A stretch of DNA of 64,000 nt from an uncultured virus (IMG/VR IMGVR_UViG_3300032038_000013) (IMGVR_UViG_3300032038_000013), one strand, 5' to 3'; positions 10,627 through 23,906 are shown, counted from the stretch's first letter. Made by a program: numbers and translations. The notes: a model not told the origin generated them from the sequence alone.

Positions 10627-12755
10627 TTTCCTGAAGATAGATATGTGCCATCTTCATTTGTAATATCATATTTGCCACTTGTACCGTTTATATCAATATC
10701 TGCAGGATTAATATTGAATATTACAAATATGTCATTTCTTGCGGTTTCAACAAATTCTTTATTACCAATAATCATTTTGAAAGTATCTACCTTTGTCATA
10801 TATTCTGATAAGTTAACACCAATGTTTTGTGGCAATGTGCTTCTTAATGTTATATTCTGCAAATCTTTTACTTTGTAGAAAACAGGCTTTAATATGATTC
10901 TTTGGTTTTTGTTAATACCATTTATACTTGCAGAATTTTCATTCTTATTTACAAAGCAACTAATCTTATTGATGAAATTAATATTATCATCTTTTAATTC
11001 TATTACTTTCATATCGTCGTCTAATTCTCCTTTTTCTTTATTTGCTTGTGACATAAATGTCAAACGATGAACATTTACATTATTTATTAAATATTTGAAC
11101 CACTCTTTGGTAATAATAACTAAGTTACTTTGTATTTCTATTCCAAGTATGTGGTCATAGAATGAACTTTTTATAATAAGTTTTTCAGGTCTTTGCTCCC
11201 ATTTATCAAATATTCCATTTAACTTAAAAGCAAAATCATCAATATCATTAAAGTTTACTCTTATGTTTTTTGAAAATATTATATTTTTGAATGCATAATC
11301 TGTTGCAATATCAACTTTGAATCCTACGAAATTTCCTGGTGTTCCAAACTCTTCTTCATATTCATCAAGTATTGATTTCTTCATTAAGTCTTTCCATGTA
11401 TTAAGTATTTCATTTTTATCTACATAATTGACATTTGCAACTTCTTTTACAGTTTGAATCATCTCGTCACTGATAGTTTCAACATTATCAATTTCTTCAA
11501 TTTCTTTTACAATATCTTCATTAACAAATAATTTATAATCATCGTCGGTTACATTATTATAATACTTATATGCTTCAAGAACAGGAGATGTTGTTTTATC
11601 ATCTTTATATAAATTACAGAAATATGACTTATTAGGATAATTGAATAATGCAACTAATGATATAATACCATTACTAAATCCTAATCTTGACATAAGACTA
11701 AATTTACTTTCATTATGTAATGAAATTGTTGCTTGAGGCAATTTTGAGTCTAACATATAAACATTATTCTGTATATCAACTGATTCATAAGGATACATAG
11801 TTATATTAATTGGATATGTTAGATAATTGTTCTCAATTGAATTATGAGTCTTAAGATATAGTTTTACAAATATCTTTTCATCATCTTCAACATTATCATT
11901 ATAATTAAATTCAGAGTCAGCAGCATATTCTTCAATAATTCTATATGGCTGTATTAATAAATTTAATGGAACAATTTGTACTTCACTTTGATAATCACCT
12001 TCAACATATTCAGAATGTTCAATATCTGAAGAATCACTCATTATTGAATTAATGAATTTTTCGTTTCTTGTAGAAGCGACAATATTAAATTCTTCTTCAT
12101 AATATACATTGTAACTTCCATCAATGTTTTGCTTGAACAATTCCTCTAAGTTAGGATAATAAAGTTCTATGAACTCTGAATATCTTTCATTATTATATTT
12201 TATTTCTGTTTCTGACTGACTTTTGTATTGATTAAAAGGACGACAAAGGAAATGAAACTTAATATTGTTTATTACATTATTTACATCAATAATTGCATTT
12301 ATATTAAGCTTTGTCATTGGATGATAAATACGAATCTTATTACATTTTAATTTCTTGTTTTTAAGTTTCTTTATGCCTAATTTATCTGTATAAATTTCTT
12401 TTAATTCATATATATCGTCTCCTTTTAAACCATTCTTATTATATATTGAATCATCATTGAAATTACTATTGAATCTTGTATAACTATCACTATAATTATT
12501 TACATTTGTATCTGTTATTGGAAATGCAATTGATTTACCGAAGTTACCGTTTACTTTAAGTTCTTCAATATATTCATTAAGATGATCTTTTTCAAATATA
12601 TAAATATCATTATCATAAATTATATTGTTCATAATTGTAAAATTACGAAGCATAACAAATTCAGATATGTATTCATTATTTTTTAAGTCATCAATTGCAC
12701 TATAGTGTTCTATCAAATATTTGTATGACCCAATATTTATGATGTTTCTTGTCAC
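10611..12755 (-). CDS. Hypothetical, probable virion structural protein
   Basis: 714-aa ORF leading the baseplate operon. Confidence 0.55.
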   Translation of the reverse strand: MTRNIINIGSYKYLIEHYSAIDDLKNNEYISEFVMLRNFTIMNNIIYDNDIYIFEKDHLNEYIEELKVNGNFGKSIAFPITDTNVNNYSDSYTRFNSNFNDDSIYNKNGLKGDDIYELKEIYTDKLGIKKLKNKKLKCNKIRIYHPMTKLNINAIIDVNNVINNIKFHFLCRPFNQYKSQSETEIKYNNERYSEFIELYYPNLEELFKQNIDGSYNVYYEEEFNIVASTRNEKFINSIMSDSSDIEHSEYVEGDYQSEVQIVPLNLLIQPYRIIEEYAADSEFNYNDNVEDDEKIFVKLYLKTHNSIENNYLTYPINITMYPYESVDIQNNVYMLDSKLPQATISLHNESKFSLMSRLGFSNGIISLVALFNYPNKSYFCNLYKDDKTTSPVLEAYKYYNNVTDDDYKLFVNEDIVKEIEEIDNVETISDEMIQTVKEVANVNYVDKNEILNTWKDLMKKSILDEYEEEFGTPGNFVGFKVDIATDYAFKNIIFSKNIRVNFNDIDDFAFKLNGIFDKWEQRPEKLIIKSSFYDHILGIEIQSNLVIITKEWFKYLINNVNVHRLTFMSQANKEKGELDDDMKVIELKDDNINFINKISCFVNKNENSASINGINKNQRIILKPVFYKVKDLQNITLRSTLPQNIGVNLSEYMTKVDTFKMIIGNKEFVETARNDIFVIFNINPADIDINGTSGKYDITNEDGTYLSSGNWTIV

Positions 12756-12815
12756 TTAAAAATATTCTATATTATTTATTAAAAATATAACTTCATTTGA
12801 ATATTTAGAATAATT

Positions 12816-12832
12816 TACTATATTATATTTGT
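12816..12832 (+). promoter_or_regulatory. Early promoter TACTATATTATAWTTGT (representative of 9 copies)
   Basis: Copies start at 12816, 14398, 16061, 17644, 29565, 31049, 41400, 46748 and 58749; most have TTTGAA or TTTAA upstream; 7 copies contain TAnnTTTG. Confidence 0.85.
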
Positions 12833-12855
12833 AAAAATCAAATAATATATAAAAT

Positions 12856-15728
12856 ATGAGTCTTCAAGACAAGATTAATAAATATTATAAGGAACATCCA
12901 TTTTTTGAAAATTATCGGGGATGGAAAATACGTCTTCATCGAAGTGAAGATAAATATTTAGGTACTCTTTGGTTTTATACTTGTGATGTTCAACCCGGTC
13001 TTGAATCTTGTCAAGCCACACATATTGAAATGGTCCGTGAATGGGTAGATAAAAAAATTGAAGAAGGTAAAATTCAAAAGGAAGATATATGAGACCTCGT
13101 ATAAATACATTCGGTAAGATAACAAGAAAAGAACTTGATAATTATCTTTTAGAGAATCAAGTATATGGATTTACTGTCAAGATAAAAGAAAATACTTTTG
13201 TCTATAGTTACAACATAATGTTCCGTAAGACAAAAGAAGCTCCTGAAATGTTATTTGTTGAAGTATCAAAAGCATCTAAACTTGTACTTGGTGCATGGAC
13301 AAACAAAGGTAAAAAATTCAATAATATAAACGATTTAAAAAATTATACTAAAAGATGATAGGTACTATTAAAAGTGTTGAACATGTTCGACAAGAAGTTA
13401 TAGATGGAATTTACAAAAAGATTAATAATGATCTCCCAATTAATCAAGAAGTTTATAAAAGATATTTTGACTTTATAGATAGTCAGATTGAACTTTGTAT
13501 TAAAAATGGGTGGATTCAGTTTTCACTGCCTGGAGATGGACCTTGTGGTAGACTCCCAGGAATGATTGAGGCTTTGCTTCTTCTTAAAGGATATGGAATT
13601 GAAAAAGGAGAAAAAGAAAATGAATATCTTATTAATATATTCAATAGAGACAATTATAAAATATGATGAAACCTCCTAAGAAACCAAAAATGAGCAAGGA
13701 ACGATATGAGTTTCTTGAAAATATAAGAACAAATGATCCTCGTCATAATGGAGCAATAATTGATAATTATCCTGATGAATGGGCAGATTTCAATATTGCA
13801 TATAAATATTATACTTATAAAGTACCATTTTCACTATCTTGTTATAAAGGACAATAATTATAAATACTATGTTAATAAGTAGAAAACCATATTGCAATAA
13901 TTGTAAAAATCGTGGCTCAGCTTGGGGTCCACATGATTATCAAAATTATCCATGCTCAAAAGGAGAAGAAATAAATAAAAAACGGCCTGGAGTACTTCAT
14001 TACGATAAATCAGAAGATATGTATTTTGTTGGAGAAAAAATGAGATGTCCGTGCAAAGAATTTTTTGATCCAATATATACAAAAGAAGAACAATTGAAAT
14101 ATAATAATCACAAATGAGTAAAACATATAAGAAAGAATTTACAAGATGCCTATTACATAACGGCAATCGTAATTATCATAATACATTACTTCGAGAATTT
14201 CATGACCGAAGTTTAATGGGTGGTATATGGCTTGTTAAAGACACTCATAATCTTTTAGATAGAAGAGATTATAAATCAGACAGAATGAAAGGCATCAGAA
14301 AAATTGCTGGCAAGAAACGTCGTTTGTATATGAAGAAATATGCAAATGAAATTATTTCAGAAGAAATTTCTAATATTATTTAATTTTTTAATTTAGGTAC
14401 TATATTATATTTGTAATTTCAAACAATAAATAATATGAATAAGAATAGTCAGTATGTAAAGAACTCAGTCGAGAATTTGCGAGCTTATGCAAAGCTGCAT
14501 GGACTGAAGCTTGTGTTCCGCAACACTACAACTAATGCGGGAGATTTCTGTTTCTTCATTTATAAGGCTGGTATTTGTGGCCGCTATCTTGTTGGTTATG
14601 ACGGCAGTTGGAATGCTTCTCCAAATGAGAACATTAGTTTTGACCGCTGCTGGGATTCCGCTCATAAGTTTATTTCAAATTATGATAAGTAAGTATGAGT
14701 AAACCAAAGATAATCCGTAATTGGAAAGCTGTTAAGAGTGACCTTGATTTTAATCTTGCATACAATTTGTATAAGTCACACAAGGTAGATGGAGTAGAAT
14801 ATCCTATAATTGGATTACGACTTGGTGTTTCAAAGTTTTTCCAATCAGGTCTTCATAACATTGATGAGGCAATGTTTTCTCCTCGTGAGGCAACATCAAA
14901 TAAGTGGGAGATCATTATTCCTGATGATGCAGCTGAGGAAAAGACAAATAAGCTTCGTCAGATGCTGAAGGATAAGAATTTTACTGGGCTGCGTTATGAT
15001 AAGATTGACAATATGTCAATTGATGAAATGTGGAATGCTATTATCGAACAGATGAGTCGACTTGATAAGGATAATAAGTATCGTATTGCAAAGAATATTA
15101 TTGAAACTGGCCTTTATAAGAAGCTATGAGAAAAATTTTGTATTTGATTATTGGGTTGTGCTTGTTTGTAAGTTGTTCTGAAGAGTCACAACAAAGGAAT
15201 GAAGCTCTAAAAAATGAACGAATTAAACTTGAGCAAACTATTGATAGCTTGAAAAAACAGCAGTTTATTGTTACTGCTTTCAATGATTCTTTGTTCTTAC
15301 TTAATAAGAATATTATGGAGAATATGGAATCTCGAGAACGCAACGATAGATTAATGAAAGAACGTAAGCAGCTTGAAGTAGAGGTAAATGGAAATAGAAA
15401 TATTAATGAACAACTTAAACGTCAGCATAAGGCATTAGTTGAACAAATTAATAAAGATAAGTTTGCATTAGCTGTATCAAATACTATTTATATTGTTAAA
15501 ATCAAGATACATCAGACTACATATACGTTGGATCTTGAGGAACATATTAAGAATAAAATTAATGATATAACATTTGAGATCCCAGTTGATAAAGCATATT
15601 ATGATAATTGTTCAATTGGTCAGAAAGTATCAGACCCAGGATTGAAACTCGGATCACTATTGGTGAATGGTGATTTTTCAAAACTGAAAGTTAAGATTAT
15701 TGGAAAACGCACTGTGAAGAGAAATTAA
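12856..15728 (+). CDS. Cluster of ~9 small hypothetical early genes (12856, 13089, 13355, 13663, 13869, 14114, 14435, 14695, 15126 lipoprotein-like coiled coil)
   Basis: Tightly packed or overlapping + strand ORFs after early promoters. Confidence 0.7.
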
Positions 15729-16024
15729 ATGAATGGATTATCTTGAAGCGCTTTAAGGATCTCTTCACATTGTTTACATTCATTCTTAAAGTTTGATACT
15801 TCAGATACACTTAAATCAAACCATTCATTTTTTACATTAGATGTTGCATGTCTACCGTGCAACATCTTTTCTATTTTTGTTGGGTACATTGTTTCATAAT
15901 AAGAATGAATCCATATTTCATTAGGATTGCCTGTTTGCAATTCTGCTACTCTTTTTTCAATTTTGCCTCTTGTCATTCCTATTTTGAATTTCTCGCCGTC
16001 ACATAATAAATAAACAAATCCCAT
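15725..16024 (-). CDS. GIY-YIG / T5orf172 family nuclease-domain protein
   Basis: GFVYLL..FKIGMT..KRVAELQTGNP..EKMLH..EWF. Confidence 0.85.
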   Translation of the reverse strand: MGFVYLLCDGEKFKIGMTRGKIEKRVAELQTGNPNEIWIHSYYETMYPTKIEKMLHGRHATSNVKNEWFDLSVSEVSNFKNECKQCEEILKALQDNPFI

Positions 16025-16098
16025 AAAAAATCATATATTATTTGAAAAATATCAAATATGTACTATATTATATTTGTAATTAAAAATATAAATAAAAA

Positions 16099-19000
16099 AT
16101 GACAAACAAGAAGATTTATTCAGTTAATTCAGTTCACCACGGTCGTACAACAACTTTTACTGGAACTCTTGAGGAGCTCGAGACGAATGTATTTGGTTAC
16201 ACTCTTGAGTGTGGTCATTCTTGGAATAACAAAATTCCTCGTTATCCTAAGACTATTAAGAGTCTGATTAATGCACTGAATAAATCGGCTGAGGAATGCC
16301 GCCGTTACTATGATTATTACGAACTTGCTTAATTTTACTGAATATGAGTTTTGCTTACAATAAAAATTTGAAAATTGAGTTTAGGGCTGTTCCTTATAGC
16401 ACAAGCCATGTACTTGAATATCGTATTAGTCCTAATCAAGATTTGATTTACGAGACTAAGATTAGTATTTTTGGTTTGTTTAAAATCAAACTTAAGAGAA
16501 AGTACAAAACAAATTGGCATCAGCCATGTGTACTTGTCAATTATCCTGGTTCAGAACGATATTCTAAGGATTCTGAAGAACTTTATTTGCCAATGTTTAT
16601 TCGTGATAAAAATGAATTTAAAAAAATTCAATCAGTATTTAAGACAATTGGTGAGTTCTTTGATTATGTAAATAAGGAGGAAGCTAAGGAAGAAGCAAAA
16701 TGGCAGAAAGCTAGAAACGAATATTTAAAAACTTGCGGAACATGGATGTAATTAATTACGAGAAAAGTTATAGGGGTACAGTTAAGAAGAACCCTGATGG
16801 TACTGAAGAAATTCGGTATTGTAAATTTGAGTCATCTGATATTGGTAAGTATCTTGTTCTTCGATGGCGTTATGAGGAACATATGTTTTGGGGTGGTCCT
16901 TTTGGAACTCAACTTGCTGTAAATGGGCATAAACTTAGTACTCATAATGGTGATGAGATTTATGGAGTTTATTTGATAGATTGGCATTCTGACTGGTGTA
17001 AGAACGAAAACAATGTATCATTTAAGGTTAAGTTGACTCCTGTCGGTAATTGGGGAGCTTGGTGTCCAGATAGATCATGGTATTCTTCAGATATAGAAAG
17101 TGTTATCAATAAGCAGTATAATCTGTTTGAAGAGAATCCTATTTTTGATAATGTTGATGATGCAATGAAATTTGCATTTGAAAAGAATTTTAAACTTTAT
17201 CCTGATATGAGGAGTGGTCTGAAGAAATTGTTTGATAAAATCTTTAACAAATAATATGAAACGAAATTTTAATTTTAGTGGAATGCTACCTGAAGATCTT
17301 TATCCGGGTAAAACAGTAATGTTATGTACTTTTTATCGAGATGAAAATTCAGATAACCCAGAATGGTCAACTTCAAAATCATATATGAAAGGACCATATA
17401 GGGTTTTGTCAATTAATAAAAAAGATGACAATAAATGGCAAATTAAGTTCATAGCAACAAAATTGTCATTTGGTATTCATGGTGGTAAAGGATATTATTC
17501 TAAGACTCGTTTTACATTTAATTCAAAAGGACAATCGCAAATTATGAGTAGTTCATCTTCAAAGGGTGTATATAGTCGGACAATTATTTATAATTGTATT
17601 ACTGGATAAATTATTGTATTATATTTGAATTTTAAAAATTAAATACTATATTATATTTGTAAATCAAACAAATATGGCAATTTCAACAAGAACAATTAAG
17701 GCAATACTTCGCAAACAGAAACTTGCGGAAATTGAAGCAAAAAAGACTCCGTTCTGTAAAGATGCAGATAAACTTAAAGCAAAGGTTAAAAGTTGGCTTA
17801 AGAAAAATTTCGGTTTGGGTCGTTATGATTATTCAATTGGAATTTATCATCCATGCAGTGAAGATCCTTATGCATCATCAAATTATTCAATAAATGTTTG
17901 TTATTTCAAAGGAAACAAAATTGAAGTAAATAAAAAGCTTGTTGAAGATTTTGGTTGTGGTGAATTTAAGGGTCATAAAATGACAATATCTTACAATAAA
18001 AATTATGAAGATATGGATCATTATACTGACTTTTGTATAACTATTTATGAATAAATTATGAAATATAACGGTATTGATTATAATGATAATCTGATTGAGC
18101 AGGCTCTTGAAAATATGGGAGATGCTGAATATGCAGAATTAATGGCTGCTGGTGAAAATGCAAACAATTTTTATAAATCAATGTAATATGAAACTTACAA
18201 GTACATTACGATTAAAGACATCACTTGAGAGAACAACAAAAGTTATTTCAGAAGATTGTAGTCTTGGACAAGCAATCACAATGATTGAATCTTGGTGTTA
18301 CGATAACGGAGCAGATTACCCACGAACTTGTGATTTATGGAAAACTGACGGAAATATTCGTGTACAGATTACAACTAGAGATAATAAGTATCTTAATATT
18401 TTTGATATAACCGATTAAAATTAAATAAAATGAATATTACACGTAAAGTATTAGAGTTTGAAAGATGGTTTAATAGTTCTGAATTTCCTGAAAATTTAGA
18501 AAAGGCCGATGTTGAAGAATGTGTACTGGCTTGGGCCGATGCAACTGAAACTGATCTCGGTGATAAATTAAATGAGATTTGTGAACGAATTGTAGAACTA
18601 GGAATTTGCTAAATATTCACTTTAATTAATATTAATAAATAAGTAAAAAAATGAAAAATATTGTAAACGATTACGAGAAGTACGAGCAGACAAGTAATTA
18701 TCAGAAGCGTTCAAAGAAGAAGAAAAATTGGAAGTAATGAAAATAATTAGATTTTTCAAAAATATAAAAGAACTTAATGGAGCAGCTGCTTCAGGAGCTG
18801 GTGTTATAGGAACATTTTGTGGAACATGCCTTGCATTAATTGGTTTTTTAATGGGTCTTGAACAAAGGGGATGTAATGGTATTACACTTTGGTTTCAATT
18901 TCCTGCTTTGATATTTTGTTTTGGTATATTTTGTTTTACTTTCTTTCGTTATCTTAGAAATGATTAATTTAGCATTATTTGCATTTATATTTCTTATTTG

Positions 19001-21037
19001 GCTTATATTAGCCCTTAAGAATATATTTAAGTGGTATACATTTGCATTATCTTTTATGTGGGGATTCTTTTTATGTCAGACTATTTTTGATGCTTGTGGA
19101 ATGACTACACTTGTTGATTTAATAATGAAATGATTATGGAATATTTTGATAATATTGGAAACAAAATTGAAGTAGGGGATGAAGTATTAATTCTTGTTCC
19201 AAAATCAGATAAAACATATCGTCGTGGAACTGTTAAAGATTTTAAGAATGCATTCTCACATGGAGCCGGTCATTTTCATTGTGAGGTTCTTGTAGAATAT
19301 GATGATGGGAGATTGTATTGTAATGAATATAGATGGGACCAACGTCAAGGTCACAATATTAAATTCAGTAAGAAAACAACAAAGGCATGGAGAAGTAATT
19401 CAGATATTGTAAAACTTAAACCAGAATATATTCAATGATAGCACATTTTAATTGGAATCCTGCATCCTGTGAACCTATGAATATTGATTTACCAATATTA
19501 GCATGGACAAACAATGATAAATTGGTTGTATTCAAAGATACTAAAACTTGGTTAAACGGTGATACAAAAAATCCATTTTCTAATTGGAAATGGTTACGCG
19601 AAAAATATAATATTAAATTCTGGGCATATCAATACGAAGTTATTAATGAACATCCATTTGATTACGGAGATTAAAAAATATAATTATGAAATTTGGGAAT
19701 GTAGCTTTATATTGTAAAGGATGGTATCAACATCGCAGTAATAGTGTTAAGACAATGTGGATGGATATGCTGCATTGTATTAATGCTGATGGTTGGTCAC
19801 TTTGGTCAAAAGAAGATGTTGTTGAATGGTGTATGCATCGTTTGGATAATCTTCGTGAAGATGAAAATTTTCCACATAAGAATCAACTTGATTTGACTTA
19901 TTTTTGGAAAGAAATAAATGATATGATAAGACGTGATGAATGGTATTATCACGAAGGCATTGATTATGAGGATGCAATTATTCTTCATTATAGAAATATT
20001 ATATCCAATCTTGAAGGCAAGTATTTTAATGAAATGCTTGTAAAGCCTAATCCAAATGTATTGCCATTATTTTATCATACTGCATATTATAATGATGGTC
20101 AATATCGTCCTAATCATGAACCTGACTTTACATTTGCAGATATGCACTGTGATGTAATTGCAAAGATTAATGAAATATTTCCTGATTATAAAGAGCAAGA
20201 AATTGAAGATGGTGAGTTTGAACGTCAGGAAGCATGGATTCGTGGTAAGAAATGGCAGGATGTATTAGTTCTTATTGGAAGCGATAGTCTTCTTGATTGT
20301 GAGGAAGTTGAACTTTCAGGTAAATTTCTTAAGAACACTCATAATGAGCATTACAAGGATGATAGTTTTCTTGATTTGAATATTTATGAGCATACAATAA
20401 ATTTTGATGAGAATAAGACTTATGTATGCCGCGTCAAAAAAGAAATTGAACATTGGGGTTGGGGAGATGATATAAATTATAAATTAATGTCAATACTGAA
20501 TGAAAAAGATAAAGTATAATGATATATCAAATGATACTTATAATCTTTTAATGGTTATTAATAAAATGATTCCAATATATAAAAAGAAACAGTATCATAC
20601 TCAAGTATTAGAATGTGAGCAATGGGTAACAATGCTATCAATATTACCAATACAAACAACATATACATCAAATGCAATATTGGCACTTAAATGTATAATA
20701 AATGATTGTGCAAATATTTATTTATCATACGGGGATTTTGAAACTGGTACTATTGCAATGAACTTAATGAATAAACTAATAAAATTATTTGAAGAAAATG
20801 AAAAAGATTAAATTTTTTGCTTTTATTGGTATGCTAACAATTGCATATGTAATTGGTGGTATTATGGGGTTTGCTTTTTGTGCAAGCACTTCTACAGTTA
20901 ATGCTAATCCCACACCTGTTGTAACAAGTGTTCAAAACACTCAGTCAAGTATAAATACACAAACTGTGTATGTTGATGGACAAAGATATATTGTATTTAC
21001 AAGTGGAAGTTCATCAATGGCTGTTGTAAAAAAATAA
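16099..21037 (+). CDS. Cluster of ~16 small hypothetical early genes, some membrane proteins
   Basis: Packed ORFs from 16099 to 20789, plus unlisted short ORFs starting at 18058 and 18651. Confidence 0.7.
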
Positions 21038-21060
21038 AGAGGAATCTATGATTCCTCTTT
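21036..21060. terminator. Bidirectional terminator
   Basis: AAAGAGGAATC-tat-GATTCCTCTTT between convergent genes. Confidence 0.8.
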
Positions 21061-22617
21061 TAATATTTGTTCTAAACTATTTTCTAATTCTTTACTCCAA
21101 CCTTCTACACTATTACAAACAAACTTTATATTTGGATCATTTACTACATTTTGAAACTCTTTATCAAATATATCTTTATTCCAAATTCCCAATCTTATAG
21201 TATTATCTAGTATCGGTTCTTTATGTTTAAAATAATTAAAATATATATCTTCTAATACATAACTTTCTTTACGCATATCAAACTTATCCCATATTTCTTT
21301 TAATTTATCAAACTCAAAATAACACGGATAATGTGTAGTATAATTAATATGAGGTAAATTTTCTCTATCTAATAATTGTCTTGTTTTCCATTTATCATAT
21401 TTCCAAAAAGTTTTTGGTTTTTCTTTATCACCCTCAAATGAAAGTTTATGATAATGAATTGTTGTAATATCTTCTAAATTAAAATTTTTTATTGCATAAT
21501 TATCATCAACCATCCATATAAAACCTTTATATATGTTATCATACTTTTGCATTACTACTTCCATGCTTTGTTGAACATTTAAATGTGGATAGTATTGATT
21601 TTTTAAAGGTGCTGTTTGATGAGATACAATAAATTCAACCCACGGAAATTCATGTTTTAATGAATTACTAAATGTTCCAACCACAACAAAATGATAATTA
21701 AATTTACAAAATTTTTTCCATAAATTTAACGCTAATTTAATTTCTATTCCTTGTGCTCGACTTTGTCTATATGGTAAAACAACTAATACTTTATTTTTAT
21801 CCAATGAATTAATTAGTTCTTCTTTCTTTTCTTTCATATCACTATTAACATCAAAAAAGAAATCAAAATTTCTAGCACCACCCCAAGTGAATCCTCTTAC
21901 TTTTATTTTCCATACATATTCTTCCCAAGATTTTGTTATATAATGTCTTATATAAATATTTTTATATGTAGGTGATGTATTACTTTTTATATATTCTGTA
22001 TTACAATAATTACTAAATTTTCTTTGATGATGTTGATTAAAAAATAATTCGTTTCTATAGCTTTTAAGATTATGACATGTTTTTATAAAAGAATCAGGTT
22101 TGTCATTAATTACACCTGTCATTTCTTTTGTATAAGTATCAATAACCCCTTTATCTTTATAATTTGGTTTTTTAATTAAACCATTTGCTCCATAGCATTT
22201 CCATTGTATAACAAGTGCATCAAAATATCTATATAATGATAAAATATCAGCAAGTTTATCATTAGGATTTTCAAGAGTTATAAATTCATCTACATCTATA
22301 ATAAAACACCAATTATAAATATCTCCATAAGTATTTTTAATGTATAATAATGCATTTCTAAAATACAAATGTTGTACATTCCATTTTTTATTTTTCTTTA
22401 ATTCAATAGCTATGTTTTTATCAGTATCATTTAAAATACTATCAATAACAGCAAGAGATACATTATCACTATATTTATCAGTAATTTGTTTATGCGACTC
22501 ACTATCTATATCTTCAAATATAAAAATATGATTAACACCTAAATTCAAATGATATCTAATCCATTCATCTAAATATTCGTGTTCATTTTTTATAACTGTT
22601 AAAATGCATGACGTCAT
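21046..22617 (-). CDS. Two-domain glycosyltransferase (GT2/GT92-like plus second GT-A-like domain)
   Basis: KNEHEYLDEWIRYHLNLG, WCFIIDVDEF, HYITKSWEEY; second domain FIWMVDD and NYTTHYP. Confidence 0.75.
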   Translation of the reverse strand: MTSCILTVIKNEHEYLDEWIRYHLNLGVNHIFIFEDIDSESHKQITDKYSDNVSLAVIDSILNDTDKNIAIELKKNKKWNVQHLYFRNALLYIKNTYGDIYNWCFIIDVDEFITLENPNDKLADILSLYRYFDALVIQWKCYGANGLIKKPNYKDKGVIDTYTKEMTGVINDKPDSFIKTCHNLKSYRNELFFNQHHQRKFSNYCNTEYIKSNTSPTYKNIYIRHYITKSWEEYVWKIKVRGFTWGGARNFDFFFDVNSDMKEKKEELINSLDKNKVLVVLPYRQSRAQGIEIKLALNLWKKFCKFNYHFVVVGTFSNSLKHEFPWVEFIVSHQTAPLKNQYYPHLNVQQSMEVVMQKYDNIYKGFIWMVDDNYAIKNFNLEDITTIHYHKLSFEGDKEKPKTFWKYDKWKTRQLLDRENLPHINYTTHYPCYFEFDKLKEIWDKFDMRKESYVLEDIYFNYFKHKEPILDNTIRLGIWNKDIFDKEFQNVVNDPNIKFVCNSVEGWSKELENSLEQILKEES

Positions 22618-22805
22618 ATTTTATATCTTTTGAATTTCTTTCTTCTTTTATATATTTTGCCTGTTTTAATATCTATACATAATGGCTGTGGAATATCTCC
22701 TGACCCAGGCTGTGTATCTGTAGGCGCAGAAGGATTTCCCATTCCAATAGTATTAGCAGGTGTTGCAAATATTTCTTCTTTAATATATTCTTTTAAATTT
22801 TTCAT
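22614..22805 (-). CDS. Small hypothetical protein with CTS-like N-terminus
   Basis: MKNLKEYIKEE; ATPANTIGMGNP. Confidence 0.6.
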   Translation of the reverse strand: MKNLKEYIKEEIFATPANTIGMGNPSAPTDTQPGSGDIPQPLCIDIKTGKIYKRRKKFKRYKI

Positions 22806-22807
22806 AT

Positions 22808-23167
22808 TTAAACATGATGTGACAAATCACCAAAGTATGTTTGACAAGCAAATGAATATTCTTCACCATTAAGGGTAAATGAAATTTCCCAGTCATTTGG
22901 TGTTTCTTGTGATGTTACTTTAATATTTTTATCCCAGTTCTTATCAAAGAAATCTCTAACTTCTTTTTCTTCCTTTGGGCCAGAATCACCAAAATTATCA
23001 AACCATCCATTATCAAGTAAACCAATTACATCACCGTCTTTAATACGTTTTTTATCACATTTACCATCAGGCAATTCATTTAAGCATGCCCATTGGAAAA
23101 AGTCTGCTACTGTTGCAGTATCAACATGTTTTTTACCTTCTAAAATAAATTGTTTTAAATCTTTCAT
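22808..23167 (-). CDS. Hypothetical protein with CTS-like N-terminus
   Basis: MKDLKQFILEG. Confidence 0.65.
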   Translation of the reverse strand: MKDLKQFILEGKKHVDTATVADFFQWACLNELPDGKCDKKRIKDGDVIGLLDNGWFDNFGDSGPKEEKEVRDFFDKNWDKNIKVTSQETPNDWEISFTLNGEEYSFACQTYFGDLSHHV

Positions 23168-23180
23168 ATATTATAATTAT

Positions 23181-23906
23181 TTATTTTCCTTCAAAATACC
23201 AACGTGCTTCAGCTTGACGTCTTTTGATTAAGCCCGGATATTTCTTTCCTTGAACATCAGATAAATGAGACCAAGTATTTCTTATTGTAGGATTATTTGG
23301 ATTAGCTGCAATTATCTTACATATTTGTTTTTGTAAGAAACCAAAACCAAAATTATAACAAGCACTTGCAATAGCATCTTTTTGATTTTGATTTAATGTA
23401 ACTTTATTTGCTTTAGCCCAGTTATCTATTTTTGTTGATGCTTGTTTTGCATGTTGTAAAAATAATTGTTCAAGTTCCTTTTGTGTCCATACTTTTTTAA
23501 TTGTGTCCATAAACTTTTGTGTTGTTGGATGATACAATAAACCATAACCATAAGTCTTATGACCACCTGCGTCATGTAAATCATATCCATTCAAATCTTT
23601 AGCAGTCATTGTATAACCAAATTTTTTACCTGTTTCATATTGACAAATAAAATTAATCATACCTGCACTTATACCAACATTATTACCTGAACTTGGAGCT
23701 TGTTGTGATGTTTGTGTTTGGTTTTCTAATATAATAGCCCATGATTTGTCACCAATAATACCATCAGGAGTTAAACCTTTTGATTTTTGCCATTCTTTTA
23801 CTTTTAATAATGTTTTTGGACCAAAATCACCATCAGGATTAATTCCTAAATATTTTTGCAATACTTTTACATCATCTCCTTTAGAGCCTAATTTAATTGT
23901 ATTCAT
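23181..23906 (-). CDS. Endolysin: peptidoglycan-binding domain plus GH24-like lysozyme
   Basis: IKLGSKGDDVKVLQ..DGDFGPKT..DGIIG; TYGYG, NQNQKDAIASACYNFG, GLIKRRQAE. Confidence 0.9.
   Translation of the reverse strand: MNTIKLGSKGDDVKVLQKYLGINPDGDFGPKTLLKVKEWQKSKGLTPDGIIGDKSWAIILENQTQTSQQAPSSGNNVGISAGMINFICQYETGKKFGYTMTAKDLNGYDLHDAGGHKTYGYGLLYHPTTQKFMDTIKKVWTQKELEQLFLQHAKQASTKIDNWAKANKVTLNQNQKDAIASACYNFGFGFLQKQICKIIAANPNNPTIRNTWSHLSDVQGKKYPGLIKRRQAEARWYFEGK

Noticed and set aside
15725..16024. Homing endonuclease within an intron
   Set aside because: Only 99 aa, free-standing, no interrupted host gene and no DNA-binding extension
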